DNA of 64,000 bases, from contig OZ220733.1 of the NCBI GenBank assembly GCA_965116875.1, forward strand, positions 3,296,001 to 3,360,000, written 5' to 3'. The stretch comes from Candidatus Latescibacterota bacterium (lineage in GTDB: Bacteria > Latescibacterota > UBA2968 > GCA-2709665). Positions within the stretch are counted from its first letter, which is position 1. Every line of letters starts with the position of its first letter. A program made the translations under genes and the position numbers. The notes below the pieces were generated by a model, which was given only the letters and a program-made list of their open reading frames with translations, was not told where the DNA came from and ran no database searches. Positions 37,965-48,438 of the stretch are shown here, piece by piece.

Positions 37965-38936
37965 CTAATTCGAACGGTCCGAAACCGGGTAAAGGGTCAG
38001 CCTGCCCTTCCTCCCCGCGCCTTCATCGGCGACGATCAGCGTGCCGTCCGCGGCAAAGGCAATGCCTTCCACCTGTCGATGCCATTTTGCCGGAAACTTC
38101 CTGACCGCAACGACCCGCCCGGTCGGCGTCATTTCCGCGATAGCCGCCTGGCGGGCTGCTACGACGTAATAATTCCCCGACACCGGATGCCGCTCGATTC
38201 CTGACGGCTGAAATTTCTTTCCTTTGATGTGCCGGGAGAATCGTTTGACCGGTATGACGATTCGTGCATCTTCATTCATCTGTTTTTTGTCTATTGACCA
38301 ATGATATAGCGCCAGTTGTCCCTGCAACTCCAGGCTGCGCGCTTCCTTGCACATCAGTACGAGTTCCCGCCGGGAATGGTCATACGCAAGACCCTCGATT
38401 TCGCAATCTCTGCCCACCCCCGTGGCGTAGACATTGAAGAGTACGGACTCCCCGCCATCTCCCTCTCGGCACTCGAACAGCCGTCCGTTGCTTGTGACCA
38501 GGAAGATCCTGTCGTCAGTTGCGGCGATGCCCTCGAAATCGCCGGGAGCCGGGTATTCTGTGTCTGAGAGCTGAAATGTCTTTACAATCGATCCTTCTCG
38601 ATAATCGATCTCGTAAATGATCGCCCGTTCGTCGTTGTGCGCGAGGAGACGATTGTCTCCCGTCATCGCCAATCCGGAGACCTCTTCGAGTTCCCTGGGA
38701 AGCTTCCAGTGCGTCGCGTGCTTCGGGTCCAGAGTAAAGTTCTCGAGAGAGATTCCCTGTTCCGATGCCGCAACCGCGCCCGCCGGAAACTGGCTGCCGG
38801 TTATACCAGAATCTGCGCCGGCAGGTCCGCCGACAAATTGAGCGGATGCATCCTCGCCCGATCCCATCGTCAACATGCAGAGAAGGACGCCGGGACCAAG
38901 ACGGTTGAGCCGAGATCTGGTGCTTATGGAATTCAT
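37965..38936 (-). CDS. SdiA-regulated (YjiK-like) secreted beta-propeller protein
   Basis: Signal-peptide-like N-terminus; repeated EVSGLA, DFEGIA, EIEGLA, QPSGI, QVEGIAF blades. Confidence 0.75.
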   Translation of the reverse strand: MNSISTRSRLNRLGPGVLLCMLTMGSGEDASAQFVGGPAGADSGITGSQFPAGAVAASEQGISLENFTLDPKHATHWKLPRELEEVSGLAMTGDNRLLAHNDERAIIYEIDYREGSIVKTFQLSDTEYPAPGDFEGIAATDDRIFLVTSNGRLFECREGDGGESVLFNVYATGVGRDCEIEGLAYDHSRRELVLMCKEARSLELQGQLALYHWSIDKKQMNEDARIVIPVKRFSRHIKGKKFQPSGIERHPVSGNYYVVAARQAAIAEMTPTGRVVAVRKFPAKWHRQVEGIAFAADGTLIVADEGAGRKGRLTLYPVSDRSN

Positions 38937-38962
38937 TTCAGAGTTTGGCGATTCGATCGGGC

Positions 38963-39100
38963 CGCGAACTACCAGTTCGCGTTACGGGAATCAGCGCGTC
39001 AGGCGGCCATGTCGTCGCGCGAACTACCAGTTCGCGTTACGGGAATCAGCGCGTCAGGCGGCCTTGTCGCGGCGTGAACTACCAGTTCGCGTTACGGGAA
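38963..39100. repeat. 2.5 tandem copies of a 55-bp unit containing a REP-like palindrome
   Basis: Units start at 38963, 39018 and 39073; core cgcgaact-acc-agttcgcg-ttac. Confidence 0.85.
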
Positions 39101-39220
39101 CGTGCGCCTGCCAGGACGGGCACCGCAATAGAGGGGAGCCTGGTCGCAGGTGCCGGCGGTGATCCTCCGTAGCTCTTTGCGGCGCGGGGTCATTTGTATT
39201 ATCTGAATCAAGATCAGTGG

Positions 39221-40159
39221 TTACAAGCTCTGGTCTGTCTCATCTTCCATTAATTCTACGTCCTTTATCTGCTTTTTCCCTCTCTTGCCCAGGTCCCTGA
39301 TAAGTGAGGAAAGGTCGACGGATTGACTTGAAGTAACCTCGTACACAACGACGACGGTCCCATCTTCATTCTCGATTATCTCGGACAAATTCCACTTGAT
39401 CGCGCTGTAATCAAGGGTAGGGGCTGCTGCCTTTTGCGCCGCATTGACGTTCGTTGCGTGCACGGCAATTCGGGATTCACGGGTATCTCCACTGGCCGTG
39501 TCCCCGGTTGCGGAGGACTCCGCGGGCTTTGTGGGTGAAACGATTCTCCAGCCGGAAAGGACTGGAGGGCGTGCTGCATAGTTGGTCTTCCACACGCTCA
39601 GTGTAATGGTTACGAAAGCCAACGATGCGATGTAAGCGACTGTTGTGAGCTGGGTGCCGGCGGCCAGCCCGATTCCTATAACCATAAACATGTAGACGGC
39701 GTCCATCGTTTCCTTGAGCGAGATCCGGAAACTGACGGCGGCCACGATGCCCGCCAGGCTGAACGCAAGCGCGAGGCTGCCCTTGACCAGGAAAACTACC
39801 AGCGAGATGGCGACGGGCATCACGAGCAGCGTGTGCGCAAAGGATTGGCTGTATTTCTTCAGTGGCCGCGTCCAGGCATAAACCCATGTGATCGGGAGCG
39901 TCACCGCGAAGGCAAGTACCAGAGCGACCACCACAGGAATTGTGTGCGCGGGATCGAGCAGGCGGTTGACGCCTTCCTTGATGTTTCCCAGTGGAATCGC
40001 TGAATCGGCGCCCGACCCGAGCGATTTTCCCACGAATATGCGTTCACGCTCCTGGGCGACGTAATAGAGGATTTCGGGGAAAATATGAAAAACCGTATTG
40101 AGAACCACTATCCAAGTAATATAGTAAATGGCCAGCCGTACGATGATGTTGTTAGACAC
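39221..40159 (-). CDS. DUF4956 family membrane protein
   Basis: Several TM helices; GSLALAFSLAGIVAAVSFR..KE..D..YMF..IGIGLAAG. Confidence 0.8.
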   Translation of the reverse strand: MSNNIIVRLAIYYITWIVVLNTVFHIFPEILYYVAQERERIFVGKSLGSGADSAIPLGNIKEGVNRLLDPAHTIPVVVALVLAFAVTLPITWVYAWTRPLKKYSQSFAHTLLVMPVAISLVVFLVKGSLALAFSLAGIVAAVSFRISLKETMDAVYMFMVIGIGLAAGTQLTTVAYIASLAFVTITLSVWKTNYAARPPVLSGWRIVSPTKPAESSATGDTASGDTRESRIAVHATNVNAAQKAAAPTLDYSAIKWNLSEIIENEDGTVVVVYEVTSSQSVDLSSLIRDLGKRGKKQIKDVELMEDETDQSL

Positions 40160-40619
40160 AGCATCCTCCTGCGTCAGCGTGCGTTGCGTCCCACTCCAGG
40201 AAATCGCAGAATTAACCTTGATTCCTCATTTTTCGAGGACGTTAATTCGAATATGTGTCAGTAAAAAAGGCGATTTAATTGCTGATTACCAGGATACACC
40301 AGGACACTGTACGTGAACGGAAAAAATGTCCTTCATGACGACCATTTCGGCCCGTTTCGAAAGGTTTCGTCGCGGTGCCGCGTTGCGGCTTTCGCGGAAT
40401 TGAGGTTAACCGCCGCTCTGGAGGATCAATCTCCAGGTTGTGGCGCGGCCGATCGATTCGTACTTCTCGCAGTGGTTGTCAGAATCCGTTTGGATACTGA
40501 CGATGAGATTCGGCACGAACCCGGATAGACCGCTTGAGGACAATATACATTGATCTCAGTGAATCGTTACGGTTAAATTGCGTGGCGTTAGGGCCGTACC
40601 AATGTTACCGGGGATGCTT

Positions 40620-43340
40620 CTAGAACATGAAACCGCCACGCAGATAGACTCCCGTCAAGTCGTCGCCTTTTACGACAGCCGCGCTCAACGTGTGCCTGCG
40701 CTGGAGGAAGGACACCCAGATTCCACCCCCGATACTTGTGTGCCATTTGTCCGCACTTGCGGGGTCTCCGTTATAATACACCCGTCCAGCATCCGCGGTG
40801 CCGAAGAGTCCCAGTTCTCCCTCCACGAACAGTTCAATCTTCGTGAGAACAAGCCGAAGCTCCGAATTTCCGTACAGCGACGTGTCACCCGCGAACCGGT
40901 TCTTCTGGAATCCTCGCAGATTGCCGCCGGAGATACCGGTGCCGACAAAGCCGGTCCCGCCCAGAAAGGCGCTCTCGAAAAATGGAAAGGACCCCCAGAC
41001 CTTCTCGGCGCCGCCTCTCAGGGCGAGCGTGGGATGGGTTGGAATTCGCGCCGTGAGGTACGTGCTGGCCTCTCCCTTTAATCTTGCAAGTGCGGAATCC
41101 ATGCTCCAGAATTCGGGGTAGACCGCCCCGCCAACCCTGACCCGGAACCCGCGAGTTGTATACCCTGGATTGTCTCTCGTATCGAATGTGATATCGCCCT
41201 GCGCGCCGATCTGAACGAATGCGCCCGCGCCGTACAGTTCGTCATCGAGCGAACCGACAAGTGTCCCTTCGTTGGAACCGGATGGCGTATTGGAATACTT
41301 GATGATCGGCCCGAAGTGGATGTTCAGTCTCGACCGGAGCGCGGCCAGGGTGAAACCGGACATTTCTTCCCTGTAGTCGGTGCCGCGATACTCCAGAGCC
41401 GGTGCGAAAACGAGCGAATATCTCGTCACCTTATAAAATGAAGATGGTCGCGAAACTCTCGTTTCGTTGCCGAAGCCGTAGAACCGTACGGACCGGATTC
41501 CGGAAAAATCGAATTGGACGTTTGCGTCGAAGTCACGCAAGGGTCGGCGAAAATGGCCGGTGTAGGAAATAAAGGGTCTGAGACTTTCGAAACCGTTCAC
41601 GCCGGCAAGTCCGGCGGTATAGGTGTGTTGTGAAGAGAAAGGGTCTTTCCGAAAACCGAAATACTGCCGGCTGTGTATTGCCCCCACGTATACGGTCAGG
41701 TCGGAATCGATCACAAATATCGGCAGACTTCCGGTTCGTTCGCCCCAGTCCAGTGCGTACCTGGCATTCGGTGTATGGTTTCCATGAGGTCGTTTGTACG
41801 AACGCTCTTCGATCCCCGCCCCCTCGCCCTTAACGAACCGGTTCTTTCCACGAGAGTCGTAAAACCGGGTCTTTGACGCTCCGGCGCCGGACAGATTCTC
41901 CAGCGTGTCGTCCCCGCCGCCGCCGTTGATGTGAACGGCAATCCGCCCCCTGGTTCCCGAAATCTCCGCGCGGTCGTCTCCCCCCCGCATGTATACCCGT
42001 ATTTCCCGGGTTTCTTCGTGACGGTAGGTGCGTTGGAAATAGGGTGTGTTCCTTTCTTCGCCGCCACCTCCCGACAGACCGATACGTACCCGGAGATCAC
42101 CGCCAGGCAGGTGTTCGCAGTGGACGTACTCGTCCTTGTCCGTTGTCTTGATTTCGGCCTCGCGGTTTATCAGCCGATAGTATCTGCCGGCGAATTCAGG
42201 AAGTGCGTCGCGCCTTAGTTTGAGCGCCCTGGTCAGGTTTTCGCCAACCAGCGCGTAATACGGCGGCGGAAGCCTGCGCACGGCGTCCTCGATGACCGGG
42301 TCCGGCAACTCCTTGCGAAAGGCCGACACCACTTCATCCCACGCCGACTTATCCAGTTCGGCCAGGATTTCACGATCAATTTCCCATCCGGTCATGGTCA
42401 GGCCGATCAGGCTGGGATAGGTCTCCCTGAACTTGATCTGAATGGGAAAGCGCCGCCTCGCGATCGCCATGGCGGTCCCTTCGAAATGGATGAAGGCCTG
42501 GTCGCGATCCTCCGGAATCGGAAGCCAGGTGTAGCAGTCGCCATCGGGAAACCGCGCCCATCGCCACTGGCCGTAATGGCGGTCCTTGTCGTTGACGAGG
42601 AAATCCATCAGTCTCGCCTTCAGAAAGGCACGGGCATCCACGCGGTCGCAGGGGCTTTTTTCCAGGTGTTTCAGCAGTTTATCCGTACCACTGACCTTAC
42701 GGGAGCCCGCGAACCCGGGCGTGTCGTCCTTGCCTTCGGACGGATGCTCCTGCAGCATGCCGATGAGGCCGGCGAAACGTCCGCGGTACTCCTTCAGTCC
42801 CGGGTCATCCGGAATGACCACGAGCGTGTGCCTGGAGTGCAGGATTCCGGTGGCCTCCATCAGCGGATCGACCACGAGTGCTCCCGTTGGCAGCATCGCA
42901 CAGATCAGATCCTGAAGGACGTCGCCCACGACCGTATTCGCGATTTCGTCGGGTACTCTTCTGGTGGCGTCCTTATCCAGCGAACGCACGGTATATCTGC
43001 GGCCGTCCTTGCCCGTAAAGTGCAGGGAAATGGATTGTCCGAATCCGCCGGTGCGAAGGGGCGTCAGGCCTCCCCCGACGCCGTCCAGGTCAAGCACCTC
43101 GACCTCGACGGGGGTATTCCAGAGGTCCCGGTAGTTTTCGCCGTAGAACCAGCGTTTGAATCCACCGGCGCGAAATCGCTCGCCCGGAATCACCGTATGG
43201 GTTTTTGCTCCAGGCGGAGGAACGGACCTGTGAATCCTGGACCCCGGAGCCGGTGAATCCTTTTGAGACGCGGATGCTCCCGGAACGGAAAGGGCGAGTG
43301 CGAGCAGGATATAAAGGGGATTCCACCTGGGAAGTTCCAT
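40620..43340 (-). CDS. Omp85/BamA-family outer membrane protein with N-terminal atypical kinase-like domain
   Basis: Signal peptide; GGFGQS, RSLDK, NDKDRHYGQW, PEDRDQAF; C-terminal DTRDN, LRGFQKNRFAG, terminal Phe. Confidence 0.7.
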   Translation of the reverse strand: MELPRWNPLYILLALALSVPGASASQKDSPAPGSRIHRSVPPPGAKTHTVIPGERFRAGGFKRWFYGENYRDLWNTPVEVEVLDLDGVGGGLTPLRTGGFGQSISLHFTGKDGRRYTVRSLDKDATRRVPDEIANTVVGDVLQDLICAMLPTGALVVDPLMEATGILHSRHTLVVIPDDPGLKEYRGRFAGLIGMLQEHPSEGKDDTPGFAGSRKVSGTDKLLKHLEKSPCDRVDARAFLKARLMDFLVNDKDRHYGQWRWARFPDGDCYTWLPIPEDRDQAFIHFEGTAMAIARRRFPIQIKFRETYPSLIGLTMTGWEIDREILAELDKSAWDEVVSAFRKELPDPVIEDAVRRLPPPYYALVGENLTRALKLRRDALPEFAGRYYRLINREAEIKTTDKDEYVHCEHLPGGDLRVRIGLSGGGGEERNTPYFQRTYRHEETREIRVYMRGGDDRAEISGTRGRIAVHINGGGGDDTLENLSGAGASKTRFYDSRGKNRFVKGEGAGIEERSYKRPHGNHTPNARYALDWGERTGSLPIFVIDSDLTVYVGAIHSRQYFGFRKDPFSSQHTYTAGLAGVNGFESLRPFISYTGHFRRPLRDFDANVQFDFSGIRSVRFYGFGNETRVSRPSSFYKVTRYSLVFAPALEYRGTDYREEMSGFTLAALRSRLNIHFGPIIKYSNTPSGSNEGTLVGSLDDELYGAGAFVQIGAQGDITFDTRDNPGYTTRGFRVRVGGAVYPEFWSMDSALARLKGEASTYLTARIPTHPTLALRGGAEKVWGSFPFFESAFLGGTGFVGTGISGGNLRGFQKNRFAGDTSLYGNSELRLVLTKIELFVEGELGLFGTADAGRVYYNGDPASADKWHTSIGGGIWVSFLQRRHTLSAAVVKGDDLTGVYLRGGFMF

Positions 43341-43436
43341 TGTTGTCCTTTGCGTTTCAGGGTGGTTCGGTCAAACTGATGTTGTCTGAAGGTGTCTCGA
43401 CAGCCGTCCGTTCACGGATAGTGGTGATCCCGCATA

Positions 43437-45686
43437 TCAGAACCCGAATCCGATCGAGGCATTCATCTTGATGTCCTTTTCCTGGGTGCTCACGATATCG
43501 ACGCGAATGGGTCCCAATAGCGCTGTGTTGACGTAGCCCCCGACTCCGAACCCGTGTATCGGGGTATAATCCTGCTCCGGATTTGAACTCATATCATAGA
43601 GTCCGCCCTGATAGTAAATTCCAATACCACTGCGCGGCACCGACTCCCAGAATTTAATCTGTCTCCATATGGATACGCCTACCGATGCGAACCTGACAGC
43701 CCTCAGTTCATCCCGCTTGAGACCGACCACCGGCAATGCCGCGCTGCTGAAGTGTCCCGCACCGCCCAATGGGAAGAATTCGAATACAGGCGCTGGCTGT
43801 GTCACGTAGCCCCCGATGGACGAGAAGCCCACACTCCATCTCGATCGGGGACTGGCGAAACACGCAAGTTGCGCCTGAATTCGTCTATGCGAAAACGTCC
43901 TGTGAATCCATTTTGCACCGGTCTGAAAAAAGACGCCCTTCGTTGGCACCATCGAGTCGTCGCGCGTGTCGACCCCCGCGGACATCCAGAAGCCGGGTAG
44001 AAATTCGGATGCATCGCCTATCGAACGGGCCGCATAGCGGATGCGGGCATGCTCCACCTGGTACCCAACCTGGAAATTACCCCAGCTGTGGAACAATGTC
44101 TGCAATCCAAGTCGCGCGCGAAATCGCCTTTCCTCGTACCCGCCCTCACGCTGCCGGTTTCGAAAATACAAACGGTTCTGGTCCCAGGCCTGAACGTCCC
44201 CGAGCAGACCTAGGCGTCCGGAGGTCCGGAAAATCATGACCAGTTCAGCAAAGTTTAAATTGCCCAGCAGGCCGCGAAGATGGAGTTCCGATATGCGGCC
44301 CAGTGTACTTTGATGGGCAATCTCGCCCAGGACAGAGACCCGATAATCATTGTTGTAATGAATCCCCACTTTCAACTCGCTGGGGGGGTTTTCGAGCACG
44401 TGAAAAACCAGCTCAGTCTGTCCTTCATGCCAGGTCACATGGAAATCCACGGTCTGAAACAGTCCGGTCGCGTGCAACCGGCCGCACTCACGTTCCAGTT
44501 CACGAAACGATATTGGTTTATTGACGAACTTCTCCAGCCGCACCTTGAACTGACCCTCCGAGTAACGCTTTACACCTTCTATCCGGACCCTGTCGATCAC
44601 GACGTCCGGCGGAATATCCGCCCACGTATTGACGTCGAACTCAACAGGCAGTCTGGACGTCCGCGGTTTTCCGACGCGTTTTGGGACACCAAGCTTCTGC
44701 AACGCATTGCGTATTGCATCCATCTGGTCTTCGGCTGCTGATTCACCAATTGGAATCAGTGTGTACGACCGATTGAAATCGCCTCCGTCGAAGTTATCCA
44801 GTTTGGGCAATATCAACACATGGGAGCGTTTCCGGTTTTCGATCTTTCTTTCTTCTATTCGAAAACTGACGGCCTGATCGATGACGTCGATAATGTCCTG
44901 GATTTCCTCTTTCAGAGTACGCAGGGGCGTGGCGCAATCCACCGCAATGACAAAATCGGCCCCGGCGTCCAGTGCGACGTCCACCGGCAGATTGTTGACG
45001 ATGCCGCCATCTACGAGATGCGTGTGTTCCGTACTCAACGGCGCGAATACCCCTGGAACCGATATGCTCGCCCGGATGGCCGCGCCGAGAGAACCGTTGT
45101 CGATTACGACCTGTTCTCCGGACAGAATGTCGGTTGCGATTGCCCGAAACGGCGTTGGAAGCTGATTGAAGTCGTTGCGCGCCCGGTAGGTTGCGCCGAG
45201 GGTCAGCTGATTGAGGAACTGATGGATCTTTTGTCCTGCAAAAATGCCGTACGGTAATTTCAGTTTCAACTCCTCAAGGTGCAACGCGAGCATCTGACGG
45301 TCGGCCATCGGTTTACGGTTCATGTTCGACATACGACGGTCCGGGCTGTTGCTGGTGATCTCCCACCAGTCGGTTTCCAGGATCACCCGCTGGAGATCGT
45401 CAACGGAATATCCCGCGGCGTACAGTCCCCCGACCAGAGCGCCATAACTCACCCCCACAATCATGTCTATGGGCACGCCTTCGCGCTCCAGTACGCGCAG
45501 CACGCCGATATGGGCGCCACCCCGAGCGCCGCCTCCACTGAGTACAAGCGCGACCTTTGGCCTCTGCTCCGCGAACGAGGGACGTGTGCTGAAAAGGGCA
45601 AACCCGATACACAGGAATAACACGCGCCAGGTAAATGGGCGCCGAACTATCCGCCACTCTTTCGCGCGTATTTTCTTGACCGTCAT
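43437..45686 (-). CDS. Patatin-like phospholipase with POTRA and beta-barrel (PlpD/type Vd-like), paralogue 1
   Basis: LSGGGARG, GVSYG, DGG; POTRA IDRVRIEG..TGLFQTV; DTRDD, LGPIRVD, terminal F. Confidence 0.88.
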   Translation of the reverse strand: MTVKKIRAKEWRIVRRPFTWRVLFLCIGFALFSTRPSFAEQRPKVALVLSGGGARGGAHIGVLRVLEREGVPIDMIVGVSYGALVGGLYAAGYSVDDLQRVILETDWWEITSNSPDRRMSNMNRKPMADRQMLALHLEELKLKLPYGIFAGQKIHQFLNQLTLGATYRARNDFNQLPTPFRAIATDILSGEQVVIDNGSLGAAIRASISVPGVFAPLSTEHTHLVDGGIVNNLPVDVALDAGADFVIAVDCATPLRTLKEEIQDIIDVIDQAVSFRIEERKIENRKRSHVLILPKLDNFDGGDFNRSYTLIPIGESAAEDQMDAIRNALQKLGVPKRVGKPRTSRLPVEFDVNTWADIPPDVVIDRVRIEGVKRYSEGQFKVRLEKFVNKPISFRELERECGRLHATGLFQTVDFHVTWHEGQTELVFHVLENPPSELKVGIHYNNDYRVSVLGEIAHQSTLGRISELHLRGLLGNLNFAELVMIFRTSGRLGLLGDVQAWDQNRLYFRNRQREGGYEERRFRARLGLQTLFHSWGNFQVGYQVEHARIRYAARSIGDASEFLPGFWMSAGVDTRDDSMVPTKGVFFQTGAKWIHRTFSHRRIQAQLACFASPRSRWSVGFSSIGGYVTQPAPVFEFFPLGGAGHFSSAALPVVGLKRDELRAVRFASVGVSIWRQIKFWESVPRSGIGIYYQGGLYDMSSNPEQDYTPIHGFGVGGYVNTALLGPIRVDIVSTQEKDIKMNASIGFGF

Positions 45687-45802
45687 CCGGTTACCTGAAT
45701 AATAAGTACTCTGCCGATTTCTAAGTCACACGTTACAACAACAAACTGGGTTCTTCAACGTACGGGGACGCGGCGACCGATCAGCCCGGAATTCACAACT
45801 CG

Positions 45803-48025
45803 TCAAAACGCAAATCCGATCGCCGCATAAATCTCGACATCCTTTCTTTGCGTACTTACAATGTCAATGCGGATAGGGCCGAAAATCTTCGTGTTGATAT
45901 AACCCCCGATACCAAACCCGTGGATGTGGTCATACTGCTGATCCGTATAGGCTGGGAAATAGTACCTGCCTCCCTGATAGAAGACTCCGACAGCGCTGCG
46001 CTGTATGGATTCCCAGAATCTCAGGTGGCTCCACAAAGAAACGCGCGCCGATACGAACTTGAAAGCTGACAGTTCATCCCGCCGGAGGCCGACTACGGGC
46101 AATGCTGCGTTGCTCAAGTGTCCCGCACCTCCCAACAGAAAATTCTCATCGATCGGTGCAGGCTGTGTCACATAGCCTCCGTGAGACCAAAGGCCCACAC
46201 TCAGTTGCGGATGGGGGCTGGCGAAGTACGCGAGCCACGTCTGTGCCTGCCTGTGTGAAAATGTCCGATGGACCCATTTTGCCTGGGTATGAAAATAGAA
46301 GCCTTGTCGTGGAACAAACACGTCGTCTCGCGTGTCGATGCCTGCAGATAACCAAAAGGCGGGCAGATAGTCAGACTCATATTCCTCGCGCTCATCGCGA
46401 ATGAGCATATGCTCGAGTTGATACCCCAGGTTGAATCCTCCCCAGCTATGGGACAGAATCTGCATGCCCAACCTCCCGCGCAAACGCCTCTCGTAATACG
46501 TTAGCTGGGGTTCTCCTTCAAAATAGGCCACCCGTTCCTGTTTCCAGCCTTGAATCTCCCCGAGGAGACTCAATCCCTTGAAGGATCGAAAAACCAGCTC
46601 CATTTCACCGAACTTCATAGATGTGCCCAACAAACCGCGCGAATAAAACTCGACTACGCGGCCATAGACATTCTGATGTGCAAGTTCGGCCAGTGCCGAA
46701 ACCCCAAAGTCGTTGTCGTAACGAAGTCCCATTCTCAACTCGCTCGGGGGGTTTTCAAGCACCTGAAAAACCAGTTCGGTATAGTCGTCATGGTAAATAA
46801 TCTGGTAATCGACCGTTTGGAACAATCCGGTCGCATATAACCGCCCGGATTCACTTTCCAGTTCTCGAAACGACGTCGGCTTATTAACGAATTTTTCCAA
46901 CCGTTCGATGGAAATACCCCTCGTGTAGCGTTCCAAACCCTCAATGCGCACCCGGTCGATGACAATATCCGATGGTATATCCGCCCAGGTCCTGAAATCG
47001 AAATCATCCGGTAATATCGACGCTCTTGGCTCCCCAGCGCGTTTTGAAATGCCGAGCTCTTGCAGCGCATTCCGGATCGCATCCAGATGTTTTTCGGCCT
47101 CTTCTTCTCCAATCGGGATCACTGTATGGGACCGTTCGAAATTACCGCTGCCAAAACCCTTTAAGTCGGGCACCATCAACACATGGGCAAGTTTTCGATT
47201 CGCCATTTTCTTTTCTTCGATTCGGAAACTGACAGCCTGATCGATGACGTCGATAAAATCCTCGAATTCGTGCATTCGAGTGCGCAACGGGGTGGCACAA
47301 TCCACGGCAATAACCAGATCAGCACCAGCTTCTAATGCGACGTCCACAGGCAGATTGTTGACGATGCCGCCATCTACGAGAAGGGTTTTTCCTGTACTCA
47401 CGGGCACAAATATCCCGGGGATGGAAATACTCGCCCTGATTGCCGCGCCCAGCGAGCCGCCTTTTATAACGACCTGTTCGCCAGCTACGATATCTGTTGC
47501 AATTGCGCGAAAAGGCGTCGGAAGGCGATCGAAATCGTTTCGTGCACGGTAGGTTGCGCCAATTGTCAATTGATAGAGAAAATGCTGGATTTTCTTGCCG
47601 GCAAAGATCCCAAAGGGCAACTTCAGAGCCAATTTATCGAGGCGCAATGCAAGCATCTGACGATCAACTATGGGTTTGCGATGCAGATTCAACAAACGGC
47701 GGTCAGGGTTGTTGCTGGTCATTTCCCACCAGTCGGTTTCCGCAACAATGCGTTCGAGATCATCGACAGAATATCCTGCAGCATACAATCCGCCCACCAG
47801 CGCGCCATAACTCGAGCCTACGATCAAGTCAACGGGTATGCCTTCGCGTTCGAGCACGCGCAACACCCCGATATGCACCCCGCCGCGCGCGCCGCCTCCA
47901 CTGAGTACAAGCGCGACCTTTGGCCTCTGCTCCGCGAACGAAGGAAGCGCGTCGAACATGGGAAGCGCGCAACACAAGATTAAAAGGCGATTGAAAAACG
48001 GACCCCTGGTCACTCTGCAATTCAT
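45803..48025 (-). CDS. Patatin-like phospholipase with POTRA and beta-barrel (PlpD/type Vd-like), paralogue 2
   Basis: LSGGGARG, GSSYG, DGG; collinear with paralogue 1; start at ATG 48025 chosen to give a signal-peptide-like N-terminus. Confidence 0.85.
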   Translation of the reverse strand: MNCRVTRGPFFNRLLILCCALPMFDALPSFAEQRPKVALVLSGGGARGGVHIGVLRVLEREGIPVDLIVGSSYGALVGGLYAAGYSVDDLERIVAETDWWEMTSNNPDRRLLNLHRKPIVDRQMLALRLDKLALKLPFGIFAGKKIQHFLYQLTIGATYRARNDFDRLPTPFRAIATDIVAGEQVVIKGGSLGAAIRASISIPGIFVPVSTGKTLLVDGGIVNNLPVDVALEAGADLVIAVDCATPLRTRMHEFEDFIDVIDQAVSFRIEEKKMANRKLAHVLMVPDLKGFGSGNFERSHTVIPIGEEEAEKHLDAIRNALQELGISKRAGEPRASILPDDFDFRTWADIPSDIVIDRVRIEGLERYTRGISIERLEKFVNKPTSFRELESESGRLYATGLFQTVDYQIIYHDDYTELVFQVLENPPSELRMGLRYDNDFGVSALAELAHQNVYGRVVEFYSRGLLGTSMKFGEMELVFRSFKGLSLLGEIQGWKQERVAYFEGEPQLTYYERRLRGRLGMQILSHSWGGFNLGYQLEHMLIRDEREEYESDYLPAFWLSAGIDTRDDVFVPRQGFYFHTQAKWVHRTFSHRQAQTWLAYFASPHPQLSVGLWSHGGYVTQPAPIDENFLLGGAGHLSNAALPVVGLRRDELSAFKFVSARVSLWSHLRFWESIQRSAVGVFYQGGRYYFPAYTDQQYDHIHGFGIGGYINTKIFGPIRIDIVSTQRKDVEIYAAIGFAF

Positions 48026-48438
48026 CTCGTGCGATTTCCCTCGCCTGCAAATGAATCCATGCAGCAGATCGTTTCGGTTGCAGTATCGTTTACACATCGC
48101 AATACCGAATGGACGAACGACAGCGCTGTCATGTCGCCCTGCGAACGTGAAGGATGAATCGTGATTGAACGACAGGCAGGCCACAACAGAAAAACGCTTG
48201 CGTCCGGACGAAACGATGAACGATATATTTATCTGTAATAGAATCATATAAAAACGTCTGAAATGTCAAGTCAGAAGGCTTGTCGTCAGGTACAAAACTT
48301 GGTCTGGAGTCCACTTTCCTGCGATTTTTCGCCGATTGGTTCGACATTTCTCAGTTTCTGCGGCGACTCGTAAGGAGAAGAATCCATATCCGATTAATAG
48401 CAACGCCGGACATCAAAGATGCCGAAAGGAGTCAAGGC

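Noticed and set aside
38963-39100. Possible mini CRISPR array
   Set aside because: The sequences between the palindromes are near-identical rather than unique spacers, and no cas genes are present
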